Shown: positions 21,855-38,317 of the stretch, piece by piece | Position numbering within the stretch: the first letter of the stretch is position 1 | How the letters are laid out: each line of letters starts with the position of its first letter | Assembly: GCA_028866155.1 (NCBI GenBank) | Contig: JAGWIT010000001.1 | Location: 165 to 64,164 of the forward strand | Source of the DNA: Patescibacteria group bacterium | GTDB taxonomy: Bacteria; Patescibacteriota; Minisyncoccia; Phycocordibacterales; SBAW01 | Reading direction: 5' to 3' | DNA length: 64,000 nt | Program-made: the position numbers and the translations under genes | Notes under the pieces: generated by a model | Databases searched by the model: none | What the model saw: only the letters and a program-made list of their open reading frames with translations | What the model was told of the DNA's origin: nothing

Positions 21855-22700
21855 CTACAAATCGGGCCTGAAGTGTGCATCGTATTCTTCGGGGAGGAGG
21901 TTAATATTATAGATATCAAGCGAGTTCTCGCCTTCGAAAAGATCCGACGGGTTGGGCAGAAATACTTTGGTGTGCGCTATGACTTCTGTCGCATCGCGGA
22001 TGAGCCGGTTAAAAATGATGAACTCGCGCCGAAAGGCGCGAAAGTCTATAACATACCGCCGCAGCTGCGGGCTGCCGTCGGCGTTGCGGGTTATTTTACA
22101 TTCATGCACGATAAAGCGCCGCACCGGTTTGCCGTAGAGTTTTTTTACCGTGTAGTAATTGAATATCGCCTGAAAGACAAAAAGAGATTTATCGGCCCGC
22201 AACGGGCTGAATGCGGCGACGAACTTATGGTCGACAATATCAACTCCGCGCGGATCGACTTTTGATTGAACGACCAGGTCGGAGACGGCTTTTATCGGGA
22301 GCGGCAAGCCCTCTACTTCAGCCACCGCTTTAACTTCAACACCAAGCACCTTGTATGTGGGCGGCCGCGCGAGGTAAAAGCCTATAGCCTGCAGATACTC
22401 GTGCTCCATTGCGGCGCGCTTTTTCTTTTTTGCCAAGCGGCTCCTTGCCTTGCCGAAGTTTATCTCAAAGTCCGGCACCTCCCGCAGATACTCAAGCCCC
22501 AATTCAGTGGCGCCCTCCTTCCCTAATCCGCCATAAAAATGCTGGAGAGCCACGTGCCCTGCGCGCCCGACAATGCCGGACGGGCTCGAGGGCGTGTCAT
22601 ACACCTCTTCGACATAGCGCTTATACCAGGCCAGCGGATTGCGCAAAAAAGCCATCAACGAAGAGTGGCTCCAGTGTTTGATGGGAAGTTCTTTGCCCAT
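21855..22700 (-). CDS. PD-(D/E)XK nuclease superfamily protein
   Basis: N-terminal WSHSSLMAFLRNPLAWYKRY and a D...DxK-like core (VDIVDHKF), typical of RecB/Cas4-like PD-(D/E)XK_1 nucleases. No Cys cluster. Confidence 0.4.
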   Translation of the reverse strand: MGKELPIKHWSHSSLMAFLRNPLAWYKRYVEEVYDTPSSPSGIVGRAGHVALQHFYGGLGKEGATELGLEYLREVPDFEINFGKARSRLAKKKKRAAMEHEYLQAIGFYLARPPTYKVLGVEVKAVAEVEGLPLPIKAVSDLVVQSKVDPRGVDIVDHKFVAAFSPLRADKSLFVFQAIFNYYTVKKLYGKPVRRFIVHECKITRNADGSPQLRRYVIDFRAFRREFIIFNRLIRDATEVIAHTKVFLPNPSDLFEGENSLDIYNINLLPEEYDAHFRPDL

Positions 22701-22706
22701 ATCTCT

Positions 22707-22712
22707 ATTCTA
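22707..22712 (-). promoter_or_regulatory. -10 hexamer TAGAAT 6 nt upstream of ATG 22700 (leaderless, minus strand)
   Basis: The reverse complement of 22707-22712 is TAGAAT. Then AGAGAT, then the ATG. Confidence 0.4.
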
Positions 22713-22713
22713 C

Positions 22714-22742
22714 TTGCCTTCTTCCTGCATATCGAGTATAAA
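22714..22742 (+). promoter_or_regulatory. Sigma70-like promoter TTGCCT-17-TATAAA for a small peptide gene
   Basis: TTGCCT at 22714-22719 and TATAAA at 22737-22742. Confidence 0.4.
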
Positions 22743-22771
22743 AAGAAAAGTATTGCAGTAGGAGTGCTGAG

Positions 22772-22897
22772 ATGGAAGCTTTAAAAACCTTCGCGGAATG
22801 GTGGGGTTTGATGGCCATTATCCTGGTCATCATGTTCCCCCTGCTCCCGTGGCTCCGCAAATACTACCGCAAAATCACCAAACGCCTGATTCGCTGA
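22772..22897 (+). CDS. Small hydrophobic peptide (41 aa, one TM helix), not in the ORF track
   Basis: ATG 22772 is preceded by the SD AGGAG (22760-22764). The product is MEALKTFAEWWGLMAIILVIMFPLLPWLRKYYRKITKRLIR. The stop lies in the loop of a terminator hairpin. Confidence 0.4.
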   Translation: MEALKTFAEWWGLMAIILVIMFPLLPWLRKYYRKITKRLIR

Positions 22898-22923
22898 AAA
22901 GCGAGTCAGGCGTTCTTGTATTT
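22881..22923 (+). terminator. Intrinsic terminator (15-bp stem, GAAA loop, U-rich tail)
   Basis: AACGCCTGATTCGCT-GAAA-AGCGAGTCAGGCGTT followed by CTTGTATTT. Confidence 0.5.
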
Positions 22924-22928
22924 ATCCT

Positions 22929-24221
22929 TTAATAACTCCGTAGTCTTTTTGCCTTTTCGTGCGTGCGGATGCGCTCGAGAGCTTTAGCCTCTATTTGGCG
23001 GATACGCTCGCGCGTGACGCCAAACTTTTTGCCCACCTCCTCAAGCGTGTGGTAGATGCCGTCCTCAAGACCGTGGCGCAGTTTGAGTATCTCGCGTTCT
23101 TTTGGCGAGAGTTCGTCGAGGATCTCCCGCAACTGGTCGGCCAAAATGCGGCGCGCCACCTCCTGGTCGGGCGAGAGAATTTTGTCGTCTTTGATGAAGT
23201 CGCCGAGCGTCGACTTGCCGTCGCCGTCATCGTCGCCGACCGGACTCTCGAGCGAGACCGTATCCTGATCTATCTTTTCTATCTGGTAGACCTTCTCGAC
23301 ATCGATGCCCATCTCAAGCGCTATCTCCTCGGCCAGAGGGTCGCGGCCGAGATCCTGGCTGAGACGCCGCGAGACCTGCTTGTACTTGGCAATGGTCTCG
23401 ACCATGTGTACGGGGATGCGGATGGTGCGGCTTTGGTCCGCCAAAGCGCGCGTAATGGCCTGGCGGATCCACCACGTCGCATAGGTAGAAAACTTGTAGC
23501 CTTTGGTGTAGTCAAACTTATCGACCGCCTTAAAGAGGCCGAGGTTGCCTTCCTGTATGAGGTCAAGCAAGGTGAGGTCGGGCGAGCGACCGACATATTT
23601 TTTGGCAATAGACACGACGAGGCGCAGATTGGCGCGCGCCAAGAGGTTCCTCGCCTCGCTGTCGCCCTCGGTGATGCGCTTGGCGAGATCGCGCTCGGAC
23701 TGCGCGTTGAGGAGCGGGTACTTGCCTATCTCACGCAGGTACATTTGTATCGAGTCGTACTGCGAGTCCGAGCGGGAGTAACCCTTCTCGGCTACCGCTT
23801 CATTTATTTCGAGCATGCCGCCGCCTTCGAGCACGTCGATGCCGGCGGTCGCGAACTTTTCATACAGCTCTTCAAGAAAGACCACGTCGCTCTCTATCGT
23901 CGGGAAGCTCTTGAGTATCTCGTCATAGGTGACGAAGCCGCGCTGGCGGCCGCTGGCCATCAGCGCCTCGGCCTTCTTGTCCTGCTCCTGCGCTTTTTTG
24001 AGGAGCTTGGGGCTCAGGGGCGAGACTATTTTCCCCGACGCTTTGGTGGTCCCGACCTTGCGTCGGGACTTAGACGCAAGCTTTGCCTGCCCGCGGATGC
24101 GGGACGCGGCCAGGGAGCGCCGCTTCGCGGCGCTAAGTCTAAATTTGCGCGCCTTAGCGCTCGCGGTTTTGCCCTTCCGCGATTTTTTGCCTGCCGCCTT
24201 CTTTTTCGCCATTTTCACCAT
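22929..24221 (-). CDS. rpoD: RNA polymerase sigma factor RpoD (sigma-70)
   Basis: Region 2 ([40 protein letters not shown]), region 4 HTH, and a Lys/Ala-rich N-terminus. The start is taken at ATG 24221 (MVKMAKKK). Confidence 0.85.
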   Translation of the reverse strand: MVKMAKKKAAGKKSRKGKTASAKARKFRLSAAKRRSLAASRIRGQAKLASKSRRKVGTTKASGKIVSPLSPKLLKKAQEQDKKAEALMASGRQRGFVTYDEILKSFPTIESDVVFLEELYEKFATAGIDVLEGGGMLEINEAVAEKGYSRSDSQYDSIQMYLREIGKYPLLNAQSERDLAKRITEGDSEARNLLARANLRLVVSIAKKYVGRSPDLTLLDLIQEGNLGLFKAVDKFDYTKGYKFSTYATWWIRQAITRALADQSRTIRIPVHMVETIAKYKQVSRRLSQDLGRDPLAEEIALEMGIDVEKVYQIEKIDQDTVSLESPVGDDDGDGKSTLGDFIKDDKILSPDQEVARRILADQLREILDELSPKEREILKLRHGLEDGIYHTLEEVGKKFGVTRERIRQIEAKALERIRTHEKAKRLRSY

Positions 24222-24249
24222 TATATCACACAAGCCCCGCAGAGGGAAG

Positions 24250-25968
24250 CTATTTGCGCAGTTCCTGCTGGCGACGCTTGAGGAAAGAAAGCTTATGGAG
24301 CAGACTCTTCTGGTCGCTCCCTGTTTCATGCAGTTGATGCTGGACGAGGTTCATTTCTTCTTCAAGCTGGGAGCGCTCTATCGTATCGAATAATGATTGT
24401 TTAGCGGCTGCCGTTTCTTCCCCTAATGACTCAAATAGGAAGCGCAGCGCCTCGGCCTCGGGCTCCAATTGTTTTTGTATGGAGGCGTACCGCTCTTCGC
24501 CGAGCAAACCGGAGAGCTTCTTTTGCAATTCCGCGTCATGTGGAAAATAAAAGATGAGCATGCCGGCGGCTTTTTCGAGATTGGTGCGCTCCGCCGTTTG
24601 CAAGGGAGCGGGTTCTGTTTCTTCAATATGCAGCGCGGGTTTTTTTGCTACTTCTGCGCGGACCGCCGCCTCAGACACCTCTAGCCGCGAAGCAGTAATG
24701 CGGACAAAATGCTCCTGCTCTATCGCGCTCTGGAGCGCGGCAATAAGTGGGAGCACCCGGGACTCGGCCAATTTTTTATATGCGCGTTCGTCTTTGGCCT
24801 GCGGGCGCAGTACATCCAAAAAGAACTCTATCGCCGTTTTAGAGGTCCGCACCGCGGCCTTAAGAAGCTCGGGGTTCTCTTTGGCGACATCGGCCGGATC
24901 CTTGCCCTCGGGGAGGGCTGGCACTTTGACATCAAAGCCGTGCGAGTATGCCATCAGCGTGCTTTTGAGCCCTGCGCGTATTCCCGCCGAGTCGGCATCG
25001 AGCGCCAGCACCAAACGCTTGCTAAGCCTGCCGAGGAGCGAGAGATGCTCGTCGGTGAGCGCCGTGCCGGAAATCGCGACCGTAAATGGCAAACCCGATT
25101 GGTGAGACATCACGACGTCGAACTGCCCCTCGACGAGCAGGATGCAGTCAGCCTTGCGGATAAAATTTTTGGCGATGTGGAGCCCATAGAGCATGCGCGA
25201 TTTTTTAAACAGCGCGGTCTCGGGGCTGTTGACGTATTTTGCGGGTTCAGCCCGCGGCTCGGCATCAGTTTTGCGCGCATCGCCAGGCATATCTTCAAAA
25301 AATCTGCCTGAGAACGCGATGACCTTGCCGTTCATGTCAAACAGCGGGAACATGATGCGCCCGCGAAACCGGTCGTAGATATTCCCCGGGGTTGAACCTC
25401 TATCCGCGAGGTTCGACCTCGCGGGATCAATTGCCAGCCCAGCATCAACTATCTCGTCCTTTTTAAATTCGAGTGACGCCAAATGTTCCGTCAATTCGCG
25501 CCAGCTTGCCGGCGCATAACCGAGACGCCACGTCTTAGTAGTATCATCATGCACGCCGCGCGCGCGGATATAGTCGGCGACATCTTTGCGCCCTGCCAAC
25601 TTGGACTCAAAAAAAACCGTGGCGGCCTCAAGCACATCTTTCAATCTTTCGTCATGCTCTTTGTGCTCGGGTGCCGGAGCGAAGTTCTTTTTCAACTTCA
25701 CGCCCGCTTTTTCGGCAAGCTGCTTTAAAGCGGTCGGGAAGTCAACACCGTCCATTTTTTGGACAAAAGAAAAAATATCGCCCTTTTCGCCGCATCCAAA
25801 ACACATGTAGGTGCCCCTCTCGGGGCTTACCATGAACGATGGCGTGCGCTCTTTGTGGAAGGGGCACTTGGCGCGAAAATTCCTCCCCGCGCGCTGGAGT
25901 TGTACGTACTGCCCCACCACATCATTGATGCTGAGCTTATTCTTAATTTCCTGAACTTGGGAGTCCAT
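24250..25968 (-). CDS. dnaG: DNA primase
   Basis: CHC2 zinc finger ([11 protein letters not shown]...CFGCGEKGD) and TOPRIM domain. Classic dnaG-rpoD arrangement. Confidence 0.85.
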   Translation of the reverse strand: MDSQVQEIKNKLSINDVVGQYVQLQRAGRNFRAKCPFHKERTPSFMVSPERGTYMCFGCGEKGDIFSFVQKMDGVDFPTALKQLAEKAGVKLKKNFAPAPEHKEHDERLKDVLEAATVFFESKLAGRKDVADYIRARGVHDDTTKTWRLGYAPASWRELTEHLASLEFKKDEIVDAGLAIDPARSNLADRGSTPGNIYDRFRGRIMFPLFDMNGKVIAFSGRFFEDMPGDARKTDAEPRAEPAKYVNSPETALFKKSRMLYGLHIAKNFIRKADCILLVEGQFDVVMSHQSGLPFTVAISGTALTDEHLSLLGRLSKRLVLALDADSAGIRAGLKSTLMAYSHGFDVKVPALPEGKDPADVAKENPELLKAAVRTSKTAIEFFLDVLRPQAKDERAYKKLAESRVLPLIAALQSAIEQEHFVRITASRLEVSEAAVRAEVAKKPALHIEETEPAPLQTAERTNLEKAAGMLIFYFPHDAELQKKLSGLLGEERYASIQKQLEPEAEALRFLFESLGEETAAAKQSLFDTIERSQLEEEMNLVQHQLHETGSDQKSLLHKLSFLKRRQQELRK

Positions 25969-26104
25969 AGACTTATAGTCTACTCTTTTTGGTCCTTTCG
26001 CTTGTACTTGACATTAGTGAAAAGTAAATGTTAAAACAAAGCCGGAGTTCGTCTGGGGCGCTGTAATCTCTACAGCGTGAGAGGCAAATCCAATAGCAGG
26101 AGCA

Positions 26105-26806
26105 TTGAAAATGTCAAAGAAGAGAACTTCCTCTATCGTGAGCGGAGCAGGTTTCGCCGCTGCATTTTGGCAAACCCTAGATCTGGCTGTCCGACAACGA
26201 GACGGCACCGACGAAGATATCTATCACATAGGAACCGACGGCGGTTCTCGATTGATTAACCAGTTTGCCGACCTGATTATGGGAGCGAGATTGGTGACCG
26301 TCCGGGAGTGGCAAACGTGGCGAAAAGTAACCATCGGGACTCACTCGGGCTTAGCTGCGTTGGCGTGGGAAGCTCAAGGAACTTTCCAAGTCAAAAAGGG
26401 GTCGCATACGCAAATCCTCCTCGAATATCTTGCTGAAAAGGAACCCTTTGCTGTCGCTTCCTCTTCGCAAGAATTGGAGCTAATTGTGGTGACCGTGCGA
26501 GGGCTCGATTTATGCAATCCATATAGCTCCTATGCGTCCATCTGCATCCGGGCTCAAGAATTTGGATTGTCCCTTTGCCCGCCAGAAGTGGCTCTTCAGC
26601 TCTGTTTACAACACAATTGGGAGCCGTGGCTGAATTATGTGCTGATTGGCTCCGAATTGTTCCGTCTCAACCACGGTTACCCTAAGTACCTCTTTCAGCT
26701 CCGCAAATCAAAAGAAGAATCGCGGGAAATTGAATTTCGGGAAATAAGTTATGACTCGAATGAATTCCCCGGACATACACCTTTCGTATTTGTACGCAAC
26801 AAATAG
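26105..26806 (+). CDS. Orphan hypothetical protein (233 aa), compositionally atypical (lower GC)
   Basis: SD AGGAG 9 nt upstream, its own terminator, and no recognisable motifs. Codon usage differs from neighbours (TTA, ATA, AGA codons are used). Confidence 0.45.
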   Translation: MKMSKKRTSSIVSGAGFAAAFWQTLDLAVRQRDGTDEDIYHIGTDGGSRLINQFADLIMGARLVTVREWQTWRKVTIGTHSGLAALAWEAQGTFQVKKGSHTQILLEYLAEKEPFAVASSSQELELIVVTVRGLDLCNPYSSYASICIRAQEFGLSLCPPEVALQLCLQHNWEPWLNYVLIGSELFRLNHGYPKYLFQLRKSKEESREIEFREISYDSNEFPGHTPFVFVRNK

Positions 26807-26827
26807 ACCAAGCGTCATAATGTCAAA

Positions 26828-26860
26828 ACGCCGCCCGGGTAGTCCGGACGGCGTCTTTTT
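26828..26860 (+). terminator. Intrinsic terminator (bidirectional position between the orphan gene and the rpoBC end)
   Basis: ACGCCGCCCGG-GTAGT-CCGGACGGCGT stem (10 of 11 bp) followed by TTTTT. Confidence 0.6.
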
Positions 26861-26871
26861 CATAATAATTT

Positions 26872-33750
<6,879 letters not shown>

Positions 33751-33755
33751 AGAGT

Positions 33756-33761
33756 TTTATA
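33756..33761 (-). promoter_or_regulatory. -10 hexamer TATAAA 5 nt upstream of the rpoBC ATG (leaderless)
   Basis: The reverse complement of 33756-33761 is TATAAA, followed by ACTCT and then the ATG at 33750. Confidence 0.4.
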
Positions 33762-34003
33762 CTAGGGGCCTTAGTAATTCGAACTTCTACTTTTTAAAAA
33801 GAATCAAGACTGTTATGCACAGTGTCAAAACACGAAAAGTCGGGGCGCATATAAAGCTCCCCTGCTCGATTCCTCAAGCGTGTGGTTTTATCCTCCCACC
33901 TCTATTGATTTGTATCGAAACCCCGCTCTCGATACTCAGTCGTTACCCTGCCCTGGTTTCGCTCTCTAGTATAGCAAACAGGGTTTGGCTGTCAAATAGG
34001 CAA

Positions 34004-34651
34004 TTATCCCCTGCTTTTATGGCCTTTCCTTAATTTCCACTGGTCTATTTTTGCCCGGTGACCGGAGAGGAGGATTTTGGGGACCTTATATGACTTGCCT
34101 TTGTGTTTGAGAACCTCGGGGCGGGTGTAGACTTCATGACTGACCACGCGCGACTCTTCAAGCGACTCAAATTTGCCGAGCACTCCCTTAATTTGCCGCG
34201 CGGTGGCGTCGATGATGGCGAGCGCGGGCACTTCGCCGCCAGTCAAGATATAGGGGCCGATTGACACCTCCTCGGCCTTTAAAATTTTTTTGGCGCGGGC
34301 GTCGATGCCCTCATACCGGCCGCAAATAATAATAACGTCTTTTTCTTTGGCGAGTTTTTTGGCATAGGCGTTGGTCAGCGGCTTGCCATTGGGCGAAGTT
34401 ATCAACACTTTCATCTTCTTCCCTTTTCGAATCTTCTCAACCGCTTTGATGACCGGCTCGGCCTGCAACACCATCCCCGGGCCGCCGCCATAAGGCCGCT
34501 CGTCAGCCTTGCCCCATTTGTTGCTAACAAAATCCCGCAGTTGGTAGATCTTCACTGCTAGCAGTTTATCTTTTTGTGCACGCCCCAAAATCGACGCCGT
34601 GACATAGGAGTCGATAACCTCAGGAAAAAGGGTTATTACATGAAATTTCAT
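34004..34651 (-). CDS. trmD: tRNA (guanine37-N1)-methyltransferase
   Basis: SPOUT motifs: RPYGGGPGMV and ICGRYEGIDAR. Confidence 0.85.
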   Translation of the reverse strand: MKFHVITLFPEVIDSYVTASILGRAQKDKLLAVKIYQLRDFVSNKWGKADERPYGGGPGMVLQAEPVIKAVEKIRKGKKMKVLITSPNGKPLTNAYAKKLAKEKDVIIICGRYEGIDARAKKILKAEEVSIGPYILTGGEVPALAIIDATARQIKGVLGKFESLEESRVVSHEVYTRPEVLKHKGKSYKVPKILLSGHRAKIDQWKLRKGHKSRG

Positions 34652-34663
34652 GCGCCTACAGTA

Positions 34664-35299
34664 CTACGCTTCGTAAAAAACGCTACGCTCGACCATGTCT
34701 TTGGTGAGCACATCTACAAACCGCATCATTATGGGGTAATTTTTTGCCGCTTTAACTTTATTCCCTAGATGCATCTCAAGAGTAACTTTAAGGCGCTTTA
34801 TCGATTGCTCATTAACCGGGTCGAGCAACTCAAAGAGCGGTTCAATTTTATCAAGCGCATTTGCGAATAGCGCTTCGGGGCTCAGGTGTTCTTCATATTC
34901 ATGCCACGCGTCAAAACCGACTCTTTGCAAAGACGGCGGGAGTAAAGCAAAAATTTCTTTTGCGGCTTCTTTCTCCCTTTCTTCATGTTCTTTTGTCTTA
35001 TGGTAGGTTACGGCGTCGCCGTATTTTATCTCTCCAAAATCATGAAAAAGGAGTATGCGGGACAACTTCCCTGCGTCGAGCGTCGGGCCAATGGGCTCAT
35101 GGAGCAGAAAATATTGAGCAAGAAATATGAGGCCGAACACGTGCTCGGCGACCGACTCATTGTGGGCAGCCAGGTCCCGCTTTGAGGCATAGCGGATGGT
35201 CCGCTTAAGTCCAAAAGCCACCCGCAGTTGATGAGCCTCTTTTAGAATCTCTTCATCTGACATATCCAGTACTTTTTTCATACAAAAAATCCGCACCAC
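34664..35299 (-). CDS. HD-domain phosphohydrolase (YfbR-like 5'-deoxynucleotidase family)
   Basis: H...HD...D motif set: ESVAEHVFG and LFHDFGEIKYGD. Confidence 0.65.
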   Translation of the reverse strand: MVRIFCMKKVLDMSDEEILKEAHQLRVAFGLKRTIRYASKRDLAAHNESVAEHVFGLIFLAQYFLLHEPIGPTLDAGKLSRILLFHDFGEIKYGDAVTYHKTKEHEEREKEAAKEIFALLPPSLQRVGFDAWHEYEEHLSPEALFANALDKIEPLFELLDPVNEQSIKRLKVTLEMHLGNKVKAAKNYPIMMRFVDVLTKDMVERSVFYEA

Positions 35300-35343
35300 T
35301 ACTGTAGCGCGGATTTTATTTTCTGTCAGTTTTTAAAAAGAAA

Positions 35344-35706
35344 CTAGAACTTCGAGAGGTCTTCCATTGCCTCGTCGACCGACTTCATCGCCGGAGTCGC
35401 GGGCGCTTCGTGGCTGCCGTCCCAGCCCTGCTCGGCACTACCCATGCCGCGGGTCGAACCTGCCGGCTCGTTTATTTTGAGATTCACGCGGGCATTGTGC
35501 TTCATCCCCACGACGCGAAGCAGGGTGCGGATAGCCTTGGCGGTATTGCCCGAGCGGCCGATGACCTTGCCCATATCGTCGGCATTGAGGTCGAGCGTAA
35601 GCAAAACGCCCATCTCGTCGACTGTGCGACCTATCTTGACGTCCTCCGGATGCTCGACCAACCCTTTGACCACAAACTCCAAAAAATCCTGATCTTTCTC
35701 TGCCAT
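35344..35706 (-). CDS. KH-domain RNA-binding protein (YlqC/UPF0109 family) with a C-terminal extension
   Basis: GKVIGRSGNTAKAIRTL KH motif. It sits downstream of rpsP, as in the rpsP-ylqC operon. Confidence 0.65.
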   Translation of the reverse strand: MAEKDQDFLEFVVKGLVEHPEDVKIGRTVDEMGVLLTLDLNADDMGKVIGRSGNTAKAIRTLLRVVGMKHNARVNLKINEPAGSTRGMGSAEQGWDGSHEAPATPAMKSVDEAMEDLSKF

Positions 35707-35745
35707 CGCTGTATATTTAATTGAGTAAGCAACCCAACGGTAATT

Positions 35746-36081
35746 TTATTCTTTCGGGACCTCTTCCACAACGTCGTTACTCACAGGGGCTTCATCCGTC
35801 GCAGGTGCCGCTTTGAACTTCGGTAAAATATTTATCTTTTTGGCGTCGATTATTTTGTTTGACACAAGCAAATTGTGTACGGTGTCGCTCACCTGCGCGC
35901 CCTGGCTCATCCAGTGTTTAATGCGCTCGGCCTTGAACTCGACGCGGTCGGCCCGGGGGTCATAGGAGCCGAGCATCTCGAGATAGTTGCCGGCCTTAAC
36001 CTTGCGCTTTGAATCAATGACAATAACCCTAAAAGAAGGGTCGTTCTTGCGGCCAACGCGGGTGAGGCGGATAGTAAGCAT
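35746..36081 (-). CDS. rpsP: 30S ribosomal protein S16
   Basis: MLTIRLTRVGRKNDPSFRVIV... matches the S16 N-terminus. The start is ATG 36081. The listed longer ORF begins with a TTG. Confidence 0.85.
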   Translation of the reverse strand: MLTIRLTRVGRKNDPSFRVIVIDSKRKVKAGNYLEMLGSYDPRADRVEFKAERIKHWMSQGAQVSDTVHNLLVSNKIIDAKKINILPKFKAAPATDEAPVSNDVVEEVPKE

Positions 36082-36147
36082 ATGTGGGCAACACTCTATC
36101 AAATAGACACGCTAAGGTCAATAAGCCTTTTTATTTTAAAGGATTCG

Positions 36148-36156
36148 TGGTATACT
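36148..36156 (+). promoter_or_regulatory. Extended -10 promoter TGgTATACT 10 nt upstream of the rnr ATG
   Basis: TGGTATACT at 36148-36156. No SD. Confidence 0.45.
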
Positions 36157-36166
36157 GTTTTTAATA

Positions 36167-38146
36167 ATGTCTCGCAGAAGCAACCGCAAAGAAGCAGGCC
36201 CAAACGGCGATGCTCCCAAGAAACATATCTCCGGCGTCATACAAATCACCCGCAGCGGACGGGCTTTTTTGCCGTGGCCCGAGGAGCCAGAGAAAGAAGA
36301 TATTGAGATACAAAAAGAGCACCTGTGCGGCGCTTTAAACGGCGATACGGTCGAAGTTGCATTAACCAGTTTATTCCCAAGACCAAAAGGCAAAGTCGCC
36401 AAAGTGCTCGAGCGCGCCAAAGAAGAATTTGTCGCGACCCTTCGACAGGCTCAGGGCAAGCTTGTTGCGATTCCCGACGATGTTAAATTTTACCGGCCCA
36501 TCCGTCTCTCCGCCGAGAGCCGCTATGCAGAAGGAGAGAAAGTGCTCGTCCGTTTACTTTCGTTTACCGGCACCGAAGACCCCACAGGCACGATTATTGA
36601 ACACCTCGGCCGCGCGGGCGAGCATCGGGTGGAGATGAACGCCATCGTGCTTGAGCACGGGTTTCGCGTCGAGTTCTCCGAGGCCGTGCTCAATGAAGCG
36701 CGCGAGATAGAGAAGAATCACGCGGCAACCATCGCCAAAGAGGCTCCTCATCGCGCGGACTTTCGCGACGCGGTGACCTTCACCATCGACCCCGTCGACG
36801 CCAAAGACTTCGACGACGCGCTGTCGGTGCTCGAGCTCCCCAACGGGGAAATAGAAATAGGCGTGCATATCGCCGACGCCACCTACTTTTGCGTACCCGG
36901 CACCGCGATAGACGATGAGGCAAAAAAACGCGGCACGAGCGTCTACCTCGTCGATGCGACCATCCCGATGCTCCCGCATGAACTGAGCGGCAACGTCTGC
37001 TCGCTTAAAGCCGGCGAAGACCGGCTCGCTTTCTCGGCCGTCTTCCGGATGAACGCCAAAGGCGAGGTGCTTTCGCGCAAGTTCGAGAAATCCATCATCC
37101 GCTCCAACAAACGCTTTACTTACGAAGAAGCGCAAGAAATTTTAAACAAAGAGAAGGGAGAATACGTGCGCGAACTTCTTATATTGCGTTCACTTGCTCG
37201 CGTATTACGCTCACGGCGCGAACGCGACGGCGCGATAGACTTCGGCGACAATGAGGTGCGGTTTATTTTGGACGAACAGGGCAAACCGCTCAAAGTGGTG
37301 CGCAAGGAGCGCATAGAGACCAACCTCCTTATCGAGGAGTTCATGCTGCTGTGCAACCGCGAGGTGTCGGAGTTTGTCTCAAAGCTCGCCGAGAACGTGC
37401 CCGAAAAAAATTATATATTCCTGTATCGCATCCACGATGAGCCCAAAGCAGACCGCATCGAGGAGCTTGCAACCTTTGTCCGCGCGGTCGGCTACGACTT
37501 TGCCCACCCTGGCCGGGCAGGCAAAAAAAAGAAGCCCAGCGCCAAGGACATCCAAAAACTGCTCAGGGAGATCGCCGGTAAGCCCGAGGAGCATCTTATC
37601 CGCACGGCAACGCTCAGAAGCATGGCCAAGGCCATTTACTCGACCAAAAATATCGGGCACTTCGGCCTGTCATTCAAATATTACACGCAGTTCACCTCAC
37701 CCATACGCCGCTACCCCGACATGCTCGCGCACCGGATATTAGAGAGCCACTTAAACGGCAAGCCAATCACGCGCAGCGAATATACGCACCTCGAGAAGAT
37801 GTGCCTGACTGCGAGCGAGCAGGAGGCAAAGGCGGTCGACGCCGAGCGCGAGTCCATCCGCTACAAACAGGTCGAGTATATGCTCGGCAAAGTGGGCCAG
37901 ACGTTCGACGCCACGATAAGCGGCGTCACCGACTGGGGCTTGTATGTCGAGGACAAAGAGAGCGCCGCCGAGGGTTTGGTGCGCGTGCGCAGTTTGGGCG
38001 ATGATTTTTACAACTATTCGCAAAAAGAATACGCGCTGATAGGCCAGCGCAGCAAAAAAAAGTACGCGCTGGGGGATTCCCTGCACGTAAAGTTGGTTGC
38101 CGCCGATTTAGCGACGCGCCAATTGGATTTTGAACTGGCACACTAG
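36167..38146 (+). CDS. rnr: Ribonuclease R (RNB-family 3'-5' exoribonuclease with C-terminal S1 domain)
   Basis: RNB catalytic region (HIADATYF...VDATIPMLP) and a C-terminal S1-like domain. Confidence 0.8.
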   Translation: MSRRSNRKEAGPNGDAPKKHISGVIQITRSGRAFLPWPEEPEKEDIEIQKEHLCGALNGDTVEVALTSLFPRPKGKVAKVLERAKEEFVATLRQAQGKLVAIPDDVKFYRPIRLSAESRYAEGEKVLVRLLSFTGTEDPTGTIIEHLGRAGEHRVEMNAIVLEHGFRVEFSEAVLNEAREIEKNHAATIAKEAPHRADFRDAVTFTIDPVDAKDFDDALSVLELPNGEIEIGVHIADATYFCVPGTAIDDEAKKRGTSVYLVDATIPMLPHELSGNVCSLKAGEDRLAFSAVFRMNAKGEVLSRKFEKSIIRSNKRFTYEEAQEILNKEKGEYVRELLILRSLARVLRSRRERDGAIDFGDNEVRFILDEQGKPLKVVRKERIETNLLIEEFMLLCNREVSEFVSKLAENVPEKNYIFLYRIHDEPKADRIEELATFVRAVGYDFAHPGRAGKKKKPSAKDIQKLLREIAGKPEEHLIRTATLRSMAKAIYSTKNIGHFGLSFKYYTQFTSPIRRYPDMLAHRILESHLNGKPITRSEYTHLEKMCLTASEQEAKAVDAERESIRYKQVEYMLGKVGQTFDATISGVTDWGLYVEDKESAAEGLVRVRSLGDDFYNYSQKEYALIGQRSKKKYALGDSLHVKLVAADLATRQLDFELAH

Positions 38147-38317
38147 TCGTCCTTAGCTTCCCGCACATCAGGGGGCGGGTCTCCCTCATCTCTCAAAACA
38201 CGATTGCGAAGCTCGCGTTCGTCTATCCTTTCTTCCCGTTCGTCCTTATCCACCAAGCCCTCCTATCGAGTGGATACGCACCTACAATGAACCTCACCCA
38301 TTAAATCATTTTTTATT

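Noticed and set aside
22959-24281. 440-aa plus-strand ORF
   Set aside because: Antisense to rpoD, which shows unambiguous sigma-70 motifs.
33751-34003. RNase P, SRP or tmRNA in long intergenic regions
   Set aside because: The conserved RNase P P4 motif (AGGAAAGUCCGGGC), the tmRNA tag-reading frame and the SRP domain IV motifs were not found by eye. Only weak partial similarity was seen.
36082-36102. Seven-codon TTG-initiated extension of rpsP (MIECCPH)
   Set aside because: The canonical S16 N-terminus MLTIRLTRVG starts at ATG 36081. The extension begins with a TTG and adds Cys-rich non-conserved residues.
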